A stretch of 33,959 bases of DNA, from contig JBHGAY010000040.1 in the NCBI GenBank assembly GCA_041946735.1, forward strand, positions 1 to 33,959, given 5' to 3'. The position numbers and the translations under genes were made by a program. Under the pieces are notes generated by a model that saw nothing but the letters and a program-made list of their open reading frames with translations, was not told the DNA's origin and searched no databases. The stretch is from Candidatus Eiseniibacteriota bacterium. GTDB lineage: Bacteria > Eisenbacteria > RBG-16-71-46 > CAIMUX01 > VGJL01. Below, one piece after another: positions 8,229 through 18,737 of this stretch (position 1 is its first letter; every line of letters begins with the position of its first letter).

Positions 8229-9506
8229 ATGCGACGCGGTTTTTCTTGGATCCTCGCCGGTTTCTTCGTTCTCGGTCTCGCTGCAACGGGCTGCAAGAAT
8301 CCTCAACTCAGCGGTGGAATCCTTCACTTCGATCAGAAGAGGTACGAACGGGCTCGCGAAACGCTGCTGAACGCCGTCAAGCAGGAGCCGAACAACGCCG
8401 AAGCGCATTTCTGGCTCGCGAAGGCCTACGCCGAGCTGGATAGCACCGCGCAGTCGCGCGCCGAGTTCGACAAGGCGGCGCAGCTCGCGGAGCAGTACAA
8501 CCCGGAGCTGAAGCCGGAGATCACGAACGCGCTCGGGCATTACTGGAGCGAGCACCACAACAAGGGGCTCACGTTCGGCAAGGCGGCGCAGGACGCGCGC
8601 AATGCCGAGACCCCGGACGAGAAGCTCGCGCAGGAGAACTTCCGTCTGGCGCTGAACCAGTTCAAGCGGGCGCGGGTCTTCGACCCGACAAAGGAAGAGA
8701 CCCCGAGGAACATGGGGGTGATGTACTTCAACCTCGGGCAAGTCGACTCCGGGATCGTGGAGCTCCAGGAGTCGCAGAGGCTCTCGCCGGCGGGCGACTC
8801 CCAGGCGGGGGAGATCCTGTTCACGCAGTACCGGCGGCTCGGGGACCAGGCGGCCGAGAAGGGAAGCCCCGAGAACCCCACGGGTCTCCAGGATGCCGTG
8901 AAGTTCTACACGCTGGCCGAGCAGATCCAGCCGAACGATGCGGACCTGCTCTTCTCGCTCGGCGTCGTCAACTACCAGCTTGCGACGGCCGACACCGCCC
9001 GCCACGTCGAGTACTACCGCAAGGCGGCCTCGTACTTCGAGAAGACGCTCGAGCAGAAGCCGGACGACGTGGACGCGCTGAACAACGTCGCGAACCTGTA
9101 CTACGACCTGAAGGACTGCGAGAAGGGGCTGGTCTATGCGCAGCGCCTGCTCGATCTGAACCCCTGCGAAGGACGCTCCTACGACCTCGTCGGCCGGATG
9201 AACGATTGCCTCGGCAAGAAGAACGAGCGCGTCGCCGGCCTGGTCTTCGCTCGCGGCCTGCAGTCCGGTACCCAGGTCCCGGTCGCGGACATTCAGACCG
9301 AGCTGGAGAAGCTGTCGGCCTCTGCGCTCCGGAAGTACCGCGAGGAAGGGAAGCCGGAGGAGATCCGGACCTTCACCGATTCGTCCGGCGCGGACTACTC
9401 CGTATGGTTCTACTGGACTCGCGGCAAGGCGCTCGCTTTCGTGCGCGGCGACTTCAAGTACGAGACGAAGTTCAAGCCGCAGCAGAAGCCGTGCGGGCAG
9501 CCGTAG
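8229..9506 (+). CDS. Tetratricopeptide-repeat lipoprotein
   Basis: Signal peptide MRRGFSWILAGFFVLGLAATG-C with lipobox. Several TPR-like units (EPNNAEAHFWLAKAY, QPNDADLLFSLGVVNY, KPDDVDALNNVANLYY). GGGGAG RBS. Confidence 0.85.
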   Translation: MRRGFSWILAGFFVLGLAATGCKNPQLSGGILHFDQKRYERARETLLNAVKQEPNNAEAHFWLAKAYAELDSTAQSRAEFDKAAQLAEQYNPELKPEITNALGHYWSEHHNKGLTFGKAAQDARNAETPDEKLAQENFRLALNQFKRARVFDPTKEETPRNMGVMYFNLGQVDSGIVELQESQRLSPAGDSQAGEILFTQYRRLGDQAAEKGSPENPTGLQDAVKFYTLAEQIQPNDADLLFSLGVVNYQLATADTARHVEYYRKAASYFEKTLEQKPDDVDALNNVANLYYDLKDCEKGLVYAQRLLDLNPCEGRSYDLVGRMNDCLGKKNERVAGLVFARGLQSGTQVPVADIQTELEKLSASALRKYREEGKPEEIRTFTDSSGADYSVWFYWTRGKALAFVRGDFKYETKFKPQQKPCGQP

Positions 9507-9559
9507 GCTCGGCCGCCGATCGACGGCGATAGGCCGGCCGCGTCCGATTGATGCAACGA

Positions 9560-9590
9560 GGGCGCACGAGGTTCATCGCTTCGTGCGCCC
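9560..9590 (+). other. Stable intergenic hairpin between the TPR gene and ilvC
   Basis: GGGCGCACGA...TCGTGCGCCC is a perfect 10-bp stem, extendable by G-U and G-C pairs to a 7-nt loop. No clear U-tract follows directly. Confidence 0.45.
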
Positions 9591-9694
9591 CGCGCGTTTC
9601 TCCCTCGCGGTCACCGGGCGCCCGGACTCCCTCCATCCGGAAAGACCGCGCCATCCAGAGCCATCCGGCCCTGTTCGCGACGGGAGGTCCGACG

Positions 9695-10783
9695 ATGAAG
9701 AGCGACGAGGCGTCGCGCGGTGAGTCGCGCGATGAGATGAAGCGCAACGAGGCGCACAGCCGAGACGCCAGCCGTCCCGCCGTCGACGCCGGCGCCGACC
9801 TTCTCGCGCCGCTCCGGGGACGGAAGATCGGCGTGATCGGCTATGGCAACCAGGGGCGCGCCCAGGCGGGCAACCTGCGGGACGCCGGATTCGATGTGTG
9901 GGTCGGATGCCGCGCAGGGGGCGGCTCGGCCGCGCTCGCCGCCGCCGATCGATTCCGCGTCGTCGATCCTGCGGAGATCGGGCGGCATTGTTCCGTGGCG
10001 GTGCTGCTGACGCCGGACGGCACGCACGGTCCGATTCTCGCTTCCCTGATCGACGGGCCGGCGCTCGCGGCGGTCGTCTTCGCACATGGGTTCTCCCTCC
10101 GCTTCGGTGGGGTCCCGCTCTCGAGCCGCTGGGACGTGCTTCTCGTCGCGCCCTATGGCCCGGGCACGTCGTTGCGCAGAGATGGGAAGCCGGGATCGAT
10201 TCCGGGCCTGATCGCGGTGCACCAGGATGCGAGCGGCGATGGATGGAACCTGGCTAAGGCGTATGCGGTAGCAGCAGGTTGCTCAGCCACCGCTCTCGTC
10301 CGATCCACCGTCGCGCACGAAACCGAGATCGATCTCTTCGGGGAGCAGGCGGTCCTCTGCGGGGGAATCGCAGCGCTCGTGACGGCCGCGTGGGAAACGT
10401 TGGTGGCGGCCGGCTACGATCCGCTTCTCGCCTACATGGAATGCGTGCAGCAGGTCGGACTCACCTCCGACATGATCACCCGGTTCGGTGTGGCGGGGAT
10501 GCGGGAGAAGATCAGCCCTCTCGCCCTCTTCGGAGATCTCACCCGGGGGCCGCGCGTGATCGATTCCGCGACTCGCGAGAGGCTCGCGGCGATTCTCGAC
10601 GACATCCGATCGGGCCGTTTCGCCGAGGAATGGGGGCGAGAGCAGCAATCGGGCTTCCCGGTGAGCCGGGCCGGCCTTCTCGCTTCCCGGCAGCATCCGA
10701 TGGAGGCGATCGGGCGCGAGGCGCGGGGCTGGGGACGTGAGCCGGACAGGTCCTCCGGGGAGGACGACCCGGCCGGGACATGA
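9695..10783 (+). CDS. ilvC: Ketol-acid reductoisomerase family protein (class I, divergent)
   Basis: IGYGNQGRAQAGNLRDAG Rossmann motif, LLTPD, FAHGF, ETEIDLFGEQAVLCGG, IRSGRFAEEW, HPMEAIG. GGAGGT RBS precedes ATG 9695. Confidence 0.85.
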   Translation: MKSDEASRGESRDEMKRNEAHSRDASRPAVDAGADLLAPLRGRKIGVIGYGNQGRAQAGNLRDAGFDVWVGCRAGGGSAALAAADRFRVVDPAEIGRHCSVAVLLTPDGTHGPILASLIDGPALAAVVFAHGFSLRFGGVPLSSRWDVLLVAPYGPGTSLRRDGKPGSIPGLIAVHQDASGDGWNLAKAYAVAAGCSATALVRSTVAHETEIDLFGEQAVLCGGIAALVTAAWETLVAAGYDPLLAYMECVQQVGLTSDMITRFGVAGMREKISPLALFGDLTRGPRVIDSATRERLAAILDDIRSGRFAEEWGREQQSGFPVSRAGLLASRQHPMEAIGREARGWGREPDRSSGEDDPAGT

Positions 10784-10794
10784 AGGCTTTTTCG

Positions 10795-10824
10795 TTGACA
10801 GCTTGGTTTCGGAGACCCTAGGCT
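10795..10824 (+). promoter_or_regulatory. Sigma70-type promoter of the rho-rpmE-prfA-prmC cluster
   Basis: TTGACA (10795-10800), 18-nt spacer, TAGGCT (10819-10824), preceded by a T-run. Confidence 0.65.
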
Positions 10825-11083
10825 CCCCTTGGGACGTCGGAGAAGAATCTGGGTGGCGCTCTACTCCCTCCCATGTCTACCCCAAGCTCCATGTGAGGAA
10901 TTCCAACCCGATCCTGCGGAATGAACGAAGCTATCTTCCCGGGATTTCGGTGCGGCCGATCCGGCCGCTGAGGTCGTAACCCTCGTGCAAGATCCGAATC
11001 GAGAGACCGAAGAGATGCGTACTTCCCTCGAGGAAGGGACGGTCAGCACCGCAGAGCGCAGGTCCCGCAAGGGGGCCGATTTC

Positions 11084-12331
<1,248 letters not shown>

Positions 12332-12406
12332 TCCGGGCCGCATCGGGACCGCCTCGACCGGCGGGACCGAGGGGGATGCCGGCGGGGAACGGTCAGGAGA
12401 AATGAC

Positions 12407-12652
12407 ATGAAGAAGGGGATCCACCCGGAATATCGCCGCGTTCGCATCACCTGTGTTTGCGGCAACGTGCTGGAGACGCGCTCGACGGAAGGGAAGGACT
12501 TCACGGTCGAGATCTGCTCGGCGTGCCATCCGTTCTATACCGGCAAGCAGAAGCTCGTAGACTCTGCGGGCCGCGTCGAGCGGTTCCGCCGCAAGTACAA
12601 GATGGAGACGCCCGCGGCCCCTCCCGCGGAGCCGTCGCCGTCCGAGAAGTAG
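12407..12652 (+). CDS. rpmE: 50S ribosomal protein L31 (zinc-binding type)
   Basis: [43 protein letters not shown]. Confidence 0.97.
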   Translation: MKKGIHPEYRRVRITCVCGNVLETRSTEGKDFTVEICSACHPFYTGKQKLVDSAGRVERFRRKYKMETPAAPPAEPSPSEK

Positions 12653-12667
12653 CGAGGCTCGCGCTCG

Positions 12668-12702
12668 GGCCCGGGCGACCCTTCGCGGGGCTCGCCCGGG
12701 CC
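12668..12702 (+). other. Hairpin between rpmE and prfA
   Basis: GGCCCGGGCGA...TCGCCCGGGCC has perfect 11-bp arms and no U-tract. Confidence 0.5.
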
Positions 12703-12723
12703 TAGCCGTGACCGGATCCGGAC

Positions 12724-13803
12724 ATGGATGAGCTGCTGAAGAACTACGATCACGTTCACTCCCGCGTGCAGGAGCTGACCGAGCAGATGGGGGACCCGAA
12801 GGTCCTTTCCGATCCGCGCGAAGCGAAGCGCGTCGGTCGCGAGCGGACGCGCTTCGAGAGGATCCTGCGCGCCATGGAGGCGTATCGCGCCGCTCTGCGC
12901 GCGGTCGACGAGGCCGAGGAGATCCTCGCCGGCAACGACGCCGAGCTGAAGGCGATCGCCGAAGAGGAGATCGAGTCATCCCGGTCGAGGCGCGAGTCGA
13001 CGGAGCAGGAGCTGAAGAAGCTTCTCGCGCCCCGCGATCCCAACGACGAGAAGAACGTCGTGATCGAGATCCGGGCCGGAACGGGGGGCGAGGAAGCGGC
13101 TCTCTTCGCGCGGGACATTTTCCGGATGTACGCGCGCTACGCCGAAGCGAAGGGGATGCGCCTCGAGGAGCTGTCGAGCAGCACGACCGGCATCGGCGGC
13201 TTCAAGGAAGTGATCTTCTCCTTGGATGGAGAAGACGTTTACGGCTCGTTCAAGTTCGAGTCCGGCGTGCACCGGGTGCAGCGCGTTCCGGAAACCGAGG
13301 CGAGCGGCCGCATCCACACCTCCGCCGTCACGGTCGCCGTGCTCCCGGAGGCAGAAGAGGTCGACGTCCACATCGACGAGAAGGACCTCGAGATCGACGT
13401 CTTCCGCTCGAGCGGCCCCGGCGGGCAGTCGGTCAACACGACCGATTCGGCGGTGCGCGTGAAGCACACTCCGACCGGAATCGTGGTCCAGTGCCAGGAC
13501 GAGCGAAGCCAGCTGAAGAACAAGGCGAAGGCGCTCAAAGTCCTGCGCGCCCGTCTGCTCGACGCCGAGCGGCAAAAGCAGGAGGAGGAGCTGGCGCGGC
13601 AGAGGCGGAGCATGGTATCGACCGGCGACCGGTCGGCCAAGATCCGCACCTACAACTTCCCGCAGGGACGCGTCACCGACCACAGGATCGGACTCACCTT
13701 GTACAATCTGTCCGAGGTGATGGAAGGAAGCCTCGATCCGCTGATCGAGGCGCTCCAGGCGGCCGAGAACGAAGCCCGCCTGAAGGCCCCGCAGCTCGAG
13801 TGA
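12724..13803 (+). CDS. prfA: Peptide chain release factor 1
   Basis: [30 protein letters not shown] (PxT motif of RF1), [30 protein letters not shown]. Confidence 0.98.
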   Translation: MDELLKNYDHVHSRVQELTEQMGDPKVLSDPREAKRVGRERTRFERILRAMEAYRAALRAVDEAEEILAGNDAELKAIAEEEIESSRSRRESTEQELKKLLAPRDPNDEKNVVIEIRAGTGGEEAALFARDIFRMYARYAEAKGMRLEELSSSTTGIGGFKEVIFSLDGEDVYGSFKFESGVHRVQRVPETEASGRIHTSAVTVAVLPEAEEVDVHIDEKDLEIDVFRSSGPGGQSVNTTDSAVRVKHTPTGIVVQCQDERSQLKNKAKALKVLRARLLDAERQKQEEELARQRRSMVSTGDRSAKIRTYNFPQGRVTDHRIGLTLYNLSEVMEGSLDPLIEALQAAENEARLKAPQLE

Positions 13804-13817
13804 GAGGGAGCGTCCCG

Positions 13818-14699
13818 GTGGACGCGAGCCGCCCCCCCAATCCTCTCTTCGTCTGGGTGCGCGACGCCGCGCGCCGCCTCGCCTCGATCCATGCCGGCAA
13901 TCCCCGTCTCGAAGCGGAGTACCTGATGGCGGCGGCGCTCGGAGTGCCGCGGATCCGGCTCTGGATGATCGACGATCCTCCCGATCCGCCGGCGATCGAG
14001 CGATTCGAAGCTCTGCTCGCGCGGCGGCTCGCGCGGGAGCCTCTGCAGTACGTCCTCGGCACCGCGGAGTTCGCGGGCCTCGAGATCGAGGTCGGCCCCG
14101 GCGTCTTCATCCCGCGGAGCGAGACGGAGGTTCTCGTGGAGCAGGTGGCCCGGAGGCTCGGGAGCCGAGGCGGCTCGGGCGCGCGCCGTCCTGTTCTCGC
14201 GGACGTCGGGACGGGAAGCGGCGCCATCCTGCTCGCGCTCCTTGCCCGCCTTCCCGGCTGGGAAGGAATCGGCCTCGATCTCTCCGAGGCGGCGCTCGCG
14301 TTCGCGCGGCGCAACGCCGCCCGCTCGGGCCTCTCCGGCCGCGCGCGGCTGCTCCGCTCCGACCTGCTCGCCTCGATCGCGCCCGGAGCCCGGCTGGATG
14401 CGATCGTCTCGAACCCCCCCTACATTCGGGAGGACGAGCGCGAATCGCTCTCGCCGGAGATAGCGGCGCACGAACCTCAGCTGGCGCTCTTCGCGGGAGC
14501 GGATGGACTCGACGCGATCCGACGGCTGATTCCACAAGCGGCCGAGCGGCTCGAGCCCGGAGGATTTCTTGCGCTCGAGATCGGCATCACGCAGGGAGAC
14601 GCGGTCGCGGCTCTGCTGGCCGGCCGAGCCTGGCGCGATGTGCGGGTCGATCCCGACCTGACGGGACGGCCGCGCGTGTTGCTCGCGACGCGGCGTTAG
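13818..14699 (+). CDS. prmC: Release factor glutamine methyltransferase (HemK)
   Basis: REPLQYVLG, VFIPRSETE, DVGTGSGAI, VSNPPYI, HEPQLALFAGADGL, EIG. GTG 13818 follows GGGAG, directly after prfA. Confidence 0.95.
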   Translation: MDASRPPNPLFVWVRDAARRLASIHAGNPRLEAEYLMAAALGVPRIRLWMIDDPPDPPAIERFEALLARRLAREPLQYVLGTAEFAGLEIEVGPGVFIPRSETEVLVEQVARRLGSRGGSGARRPVLADVGTGSGAILLALLARLPGWEGIGLDLSEAALAFARRNAARSGLSGRARLLRSDLLASIAPGARLDAIVSNPPYIREDERESLSPEIAAHEPQLALFAGADGLDAIRRLIPQAAERLEPGGFLALEIGITQGDAVAALLAGRAWRDVRVDPDLTGRPRVLLATRR

Positions 14700-14924
14700 C
14701 CCCGCGCCCCCCTAGCGGGCGCGGAGCCCTCCGCGCACGCCCGGCCCCCCAACTCCCTTCGATCGATCCCGAGCGGCGAGCGCGCGAACGCGGGGACGCC
14801 GCGAGCGCGCGATCGGAGGGACGCCGCGAGCATGATCGCGTGGACAGCCCGCTCCGGTTCGATGCAATGATCCGGGGAGACATGTGTCTGCGCGGCCGGC
14901 CGCGAGAGGCAGAGGAGGTAGGCG

Positions 14925-15305
14925 ATGAGCGAAGCGATCGGGCGAAGGGTCTGGGCGATCCCCGAAGGATACATACCGCCGCAGAGCCACGGGCCGGCCC
15001 CGGAGCTGACGAGCCACGAGGCGGTCTGCATCCTGAACACGGGCGAGTTCGACGCGAACGTGGAGATCACGATCTACTACGCCGACAGAGGTCCGGGCGG
15101 CCCCTACAGGATCGCCGTCCCGGCCGAGAGGACACGACACGTTCGCTTCAACGATCTGAACGATCCCGAGCCGATTCCAAAGGGGACGGACTACGCGAGC
15201 GTCATCCGCTCCGATATGCCGGTCGTCGTCCAGCACACGCGGCTCGATTCGCGTCAGGCGGAGAACGCGCTTCTCTCGACGATCGCCTTCCCTGTGTCCG
15301 ATTGA
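14925..15305 (+). CDS. Sensory rhodopsin transducer (ASRT/ASRAH) family protein
   Basis: GRRVWAIPEGYIP, SHEAVCILN, VPAERTRHVRFNDL, PVVVQHTRLDSRQAENALLSTIAF match the ASRT family pattern. GAGGAGG RBS. Confidence 0.9.
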   Translation: MSEAIGRRVWAIPEGYIPPQSHGPAPELTSHEAVCILNTGEFDANVEITIYYADRGPGGPYRIAVPAERTRHVRFNDLNDPEPIPKGTDYASVIRSDMPVVVQHTRLDSRQAENALLSTIAFPVSD

Positions 15306-15548
15306 GGCGCCGGGAGAAGGCCGGTCCGGCCCTGAGCGGTCCGGACCGACCCCGCGGGCGCGCGCGACGCAGCGGCCGGAAGTGAGAAGCGTTACGCACG
15401 ATCGTTATACGTTCTTATGACGGCCGTCGCGGCTGCGCCAGAGTATTACATTGCGTTCACCGGTCATGGCAACCCTCCGTCGTGCGGCGCTACGGTAGGA
15501 GCCGGAGACTCCATGCCCGTGGCGAGGCCGGCGCCGGGCGGACGGGCC

Positions 15549-15584
15549 TTGACATCGTCCCCTCGGTTATGTAACCGTTTACAT
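15549..15584 (+). promoter_or_regulatory. Promoter -35 (TTGACA) with a LacI-type operator overlapping the -10 region
   Basis: TTGACA at 15549-15554. Near-perfect palindrome ATGTAACCGTTTACAT at 15569-15584 has a central CG and fits the LacI-family pattern TGWAANCGNTTWCA. It lies about 100 nt upstream of the LacI gene. Confidence 0.8.
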
Positions 15585-15687
15585 GCTTCCGGACGGTGCC
15601 GCGCCCGGTCCCCGGGCTACCCGATCTTCCGCCCCGTCTGGCGTCGCCCGCGCCGGTAGCTTCGGCCTCTCTCGGGGGGAGCTTGCC

Positions 15688-16848
15688 GTGGCCACAGTTC
15701 GAGACGTCGCGCGCGCCTGTGGACTCTCGATCGCTACGGTCTCGCGCGTCTTCAACGGCAGCGCGAACGTCAGCGAGGAGACGCGTGCGCGTGTCCGCAA
15801 GGCGGCCGAAAAGCTCGACTACTATCCCAACTCCGCCGCGCGCAGCCTGACGACCAGCCGCACACACACGATCGGGGTCCTCCTTCCCGATCTCTACGGG
15901 GAGTTTTTCTCCGAAGTCATCCGCGGCCTCGACTACGCCGCGCGCCAGGCTTCGTTGCACATCCTGCTTTCCAGCGCGCACAACGACGGTGAAGCTCTCC
16001 TCGCCGCCGCTCGCTCGTTGCGGGGTCGGGTCGACGGTCTCGTCGTCATGGCCCCCGATTCGGGTTCGGCCGAGGCGATCCACAGGATCGCCTCGCAGTT
16101 CCCCGTCGTTCTCCTCAATCCGGGAACGAGCGCCACTCGCTGCAGCACGATCTCAATCGACAACCGGGAAGGAGCGCGATCCGTGGTCGCGCATCTCGTT
16201 CGCCTGGGACACCGGAGGATCGCGATCATCCTGGGGCCGCGCGGGAACATCGACGCGCAGCAGCGCCGGGAGGGATACCGCCGGGCCCTGGCGGCGGCGA
16301 GGATCGCGCCAGCCGTCGCGCTCGAGATCCCCGGGGACTTCACCGAAGCGGGCGGGTACCGCGCCGGGAAGCTTCTCCTCCAAATGCAACCTCGCCCTTC
16401 GGCCGTCTTCGCCGCGAACGACAACACCGCCATCGGACTCCTCGGAGCCCTCCGCGAGGCCCGCATCCGCGTGCCGCAGGACGTCGCAGTGGCGGGATTC
16501 GACGACATCGCCATCTCGAAGTACGTCACTCCGCCGCTCACGACGGTGCGGGTGGACGCCTATGGGTTGGGGGAGCGTGCGATCGCACTCTGGCTCCAGA
16601 TCGCCGCTCCGCCGGGAGGCGGGCGCCCGCCGAACGGCGGCGCCCCGGCGCGGCACGTCGTGTTGGCAACGGCGCTCGTCGTCCGCAAGTCGTGCGGCTC
16701 ATCGGCCGGATCGTTCAGGCTCGAAGGAAGCAAGCGGGCGGGAGGCCGCCGCGTCTCGCTCGTCGCCGATGCCACGAACACGTCCGATCCTCTGCGGGGG
16801 CGCTCGGCGCCGTCGCAGCCACGATCGCTCCGGAGGTGCTCGACATGA
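15688..16848 (+). CDS. LacI-family transcriptional regulator
   Basis: (M)ATVRDVARACGLSIATVSRVFN HTH, YYPNSAARSL, GHRRIAII, SAVFAANDNTAIG, VPQDVAVAGFDD, PPLTTV, LVVRKSCG. GTG 15688 follows GGGGGAG. Confidence 0.95.
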   Translation: MATVRDVARACGLSIATVSRVFNGSANVSEETRARVRKAAEKLDYYPNSAARSLTTSRTHTIGVLLPDLYGEFFSEVIRGLDYAARQASLHILLSSAHNDGEALLAAARSLRGRVDGLVVMAPDSGSAEAIHRIASQFPVVLLNPGTSATRCSTISIDNREGARSVVAHLVRLGHRRIAIILGPRGNIDAQQRREGYRRALAAARIAPAVALEIPGDFTEAGGYRAGKLLLQMQPRPSAVFAANDNTAIGLLGALREARIRVPQDVAVAGFDDIAISKYVTPPLTTVRVDAYGLGERAIALWLQIAAPPGGGRPPNGGAPARHVVLATALVVRKSCGSSAGSFRLEGSKRAGGRRVSLVADATNTSDPLRGRSAPSQPRSLRRCST

Positions 16849-18737
16849 AACCTGCGTGGATTGTTTCCGTGCTCGCCATCCCCGTGATCCTCCTGGTCGT
16901 CGCCTCGTCCGCCTCGGCCCGTCCGGATGCGATCTGGGCGAGGAGCGCCGACAACTTCAGCACGATCAACCTCGACGGAGTCCTCGACGAGGGTGCTTGG
17001 GCCCTGGCCGAATCGATGCACGTCGAATATCCCGTCGATGCGGGGATCCCGGGGAGTGGATGGAAGAGCGAGGGGGGAGTGACCCCCTCCAACCCGACAC
17101 GCGCGACCTTGAAGTTCCTCGTCCGCGGCAATCAGCTCTACATGGGCGCGATCGTCCATGACACCTCGGTCGGAGGATCCGCCTCGTTCAACCGCTTCGA
17201 CGGCTTCCTCATGTCGCTCAAGGACCATTCGAGCCCGAATCATCCGAAGCCACCCGCCGAGTACACCTACGCCTGGTGGTACCCGACGCTCGTCGATCCG
17301 CAGCCGCCCGGACAGCCCCCCGCGTTCATCGGCAGGTGGGCCGAGTGGCCTCCCGGGAGCCCCCGGACGGTCGAGCAGATCGCGAACTGGGATGCGCGCA
17401 CGATCGTCCACGGCCTGTCGAACTCCGACGCCACGCTCGACACCGACTGGACGACGGAGATGCGCTTCAATCTGACCCCGATGGGCTACGACACGCAGAC
17501 GATCGCGGGCGACATCATCGAGTTCAACATTTCCATCTACGACTGCGATTGGTTCTGGCCGCTCGACCCGATCCGGTTCAGCTCCAACCGCGTCTGGTGG
17601 CAGGGGCCCTGGGCGAATGCCGCCTGGTACAACGAAGTCCGGGTTCATGCCTCCTCCGTCGTCGGGATGCACTCCGCGTTGCCGGAGATCGAGCCGGAGT
17701 ACCTGATCGGCAACGGCGCGGCCGAAGGGACTCCGGTCATCGACGGCTCGCCGGGCGACGCGGTCTGGGCGAAGGTGCCCGGCTTCGAGATCCGCTTCGG
17801 CGACGACGATCTTCGCGAGACCTATGGGGGGATCGGCCCGTACCGCGCCGGGCAGTTCCAGCCGGAGGTCAACGGCGGTCTCGCCCCGGTGCTCGATCCG
17901 GGCGACGCGACCGTGAAGATGTTCTTCAAGGGCACGATGTTGTACATGGCGTTCGATGTCCGCGATCAGGTGGTGCAGTACCACCCGAGCTTCGATCGCT
18001 GGGACGGCTTCCTGGTCAGCTTGAACGAGCGCAACGAGCAGGGGCCCGACCACAATCTCCTCGGCCGCCGGCTCTCGTTCCAGGTCGGCGAGGCCGGGGC
18101 GGCGGTCCCGCACGACTACCTGCAGACGCTCGTCGAGGCGGGCAAGGCGCAGGTGGCCGTCGCTCTCCGGAGCGGCACGACCGTCGACACGCTCGGAATC
18201 GAGCCCGACAACGGGTACGCGGCCGAGCTGGCGGTCGATCTGACGGAGTTCGGCTACCCGGCCGATCTGGGCGACGGGGCGCTGTTCATCGGAGTCGATC
18301 TGCTCGACGGAGACTCGTTCATCCCGTACACGGACAGCTACGGGACCCGCACGTGGTGGTATCGCGAGTACGAGAACGAATGCTGTCCGGTCTGGGCGTA
18401 CATGGATCCGGACCTTCCGGTCGCCGGCGCGCAAGATGACGCCTGGGATACGGTCGCTTGGGACCTCCTCGACGCGCGGCCGAATCCGTTCACCGATCGG
18501 ACCACGTTCTCCTACAGCCTCCCCTCGCGATCGAGCGTCGTCATGGAGGTGTTCGATCCGCAAGGGAGGCGCGTCGAGCGTCGCGATCTCGGGACGCTGT
18601 CGCCGGGAGAGCATCAGGTTTCGATCGAGGGGAAGGGGAGGAGCGCCGGGGTGTACCTGGTGCGGATGACGATGACGGATCCCGATGAGGGAGCGGTCCT
18701 GGGACGGATCGCGGGAAGGCTGGTTCAGCTGAAGTGA
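16845..18737 (+). CDS. Secreted protein with two CBM9/DOMON-like sugar-binding repeats and a T9SS type A/FlgD-like C-terminal domain, 630 aa
   Basis: Signal peptide (..ASSASA). Repeated INLDGVLDEGAW / PVIDGSPGDAVW each followed by ..LYM..V.D. Trp-rich. C-terminus PNPF..TTFSYSLP..EVFDPQGRRV..SAGVYLVRM..RLVQLK. GGAGGT RBS and ATGA overlap with lacI. Confidence 0.7.
   Translation: MKPAWIVSVLAIPVILLVVASSASARPDAIWARSADNFSTINLDGVLDEGAWALAESMHVEYPVDAGIPGSGWKSEGGVTPSNPTRATLKFLVRGNQLYMGAIVHDTSVGGSASFNRFDGFLMSLKDHSSPNHPKPPAEYTYAWWYPTLVDPQPPGQPPAFIGRWAEWPPGSPRTVEQIANWDARTIVHGLSNSDATLDTDWTTEMRFNLTPMGYDTQTIAGDIIEFNISIYDCDWFWPLDPIRFSSNRVWWQGPWANAAWYNEVRVHASSVVGMHSALPEIEPEYLIGNGAAEGTPVIDGSPGDAVWAKVPGFEIRFGDDDLRETYGGIGPYRAGQFQPEVNGGLAPVLDPGDATVKMFFKGTMLYMAFDVRDQVVQYHPSFDRWDGFLVSLNERNEQGPDHNLLGRRLSFQVGEAGAAVPHDYLQTLVEAGKAQVAVALRSGTTVDTLGIEPDNGYAAELAVDLTEFGYPADLGDGALFIGVDLLDGDSFIPYTDSYGTRTWWYREYENECCPVWAYMDPDLPVAGAQDDAWDTVAWDLLDARPNPFTDRTTFSYSLPSRSSVVMEVFDPQGRRVERRDLGTLSPGEHQVSIEGKGRSAGVYLVRMTMTDPDEGAVLGRIAGRLVQLK

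Noticed and set aside
14700..14924. GC-rich inverted and short direct repeats after prmC (e.g. CCGCGCCC/GGGCGCGG, GCGAGCGCGCGA twice)
   Set aside because: They are too short and low-complexity to support a REP/MITE or attachment-site call.
15380..15460. AT-richer patch containing GAGAAGCGTTACGC and GTATTACATTG, possible second LacI operator or divergent promoter
   Set aside because: Only the AA-CG-TT core matches the main operator, symmetry is poor, and no credible divergent gene exists.
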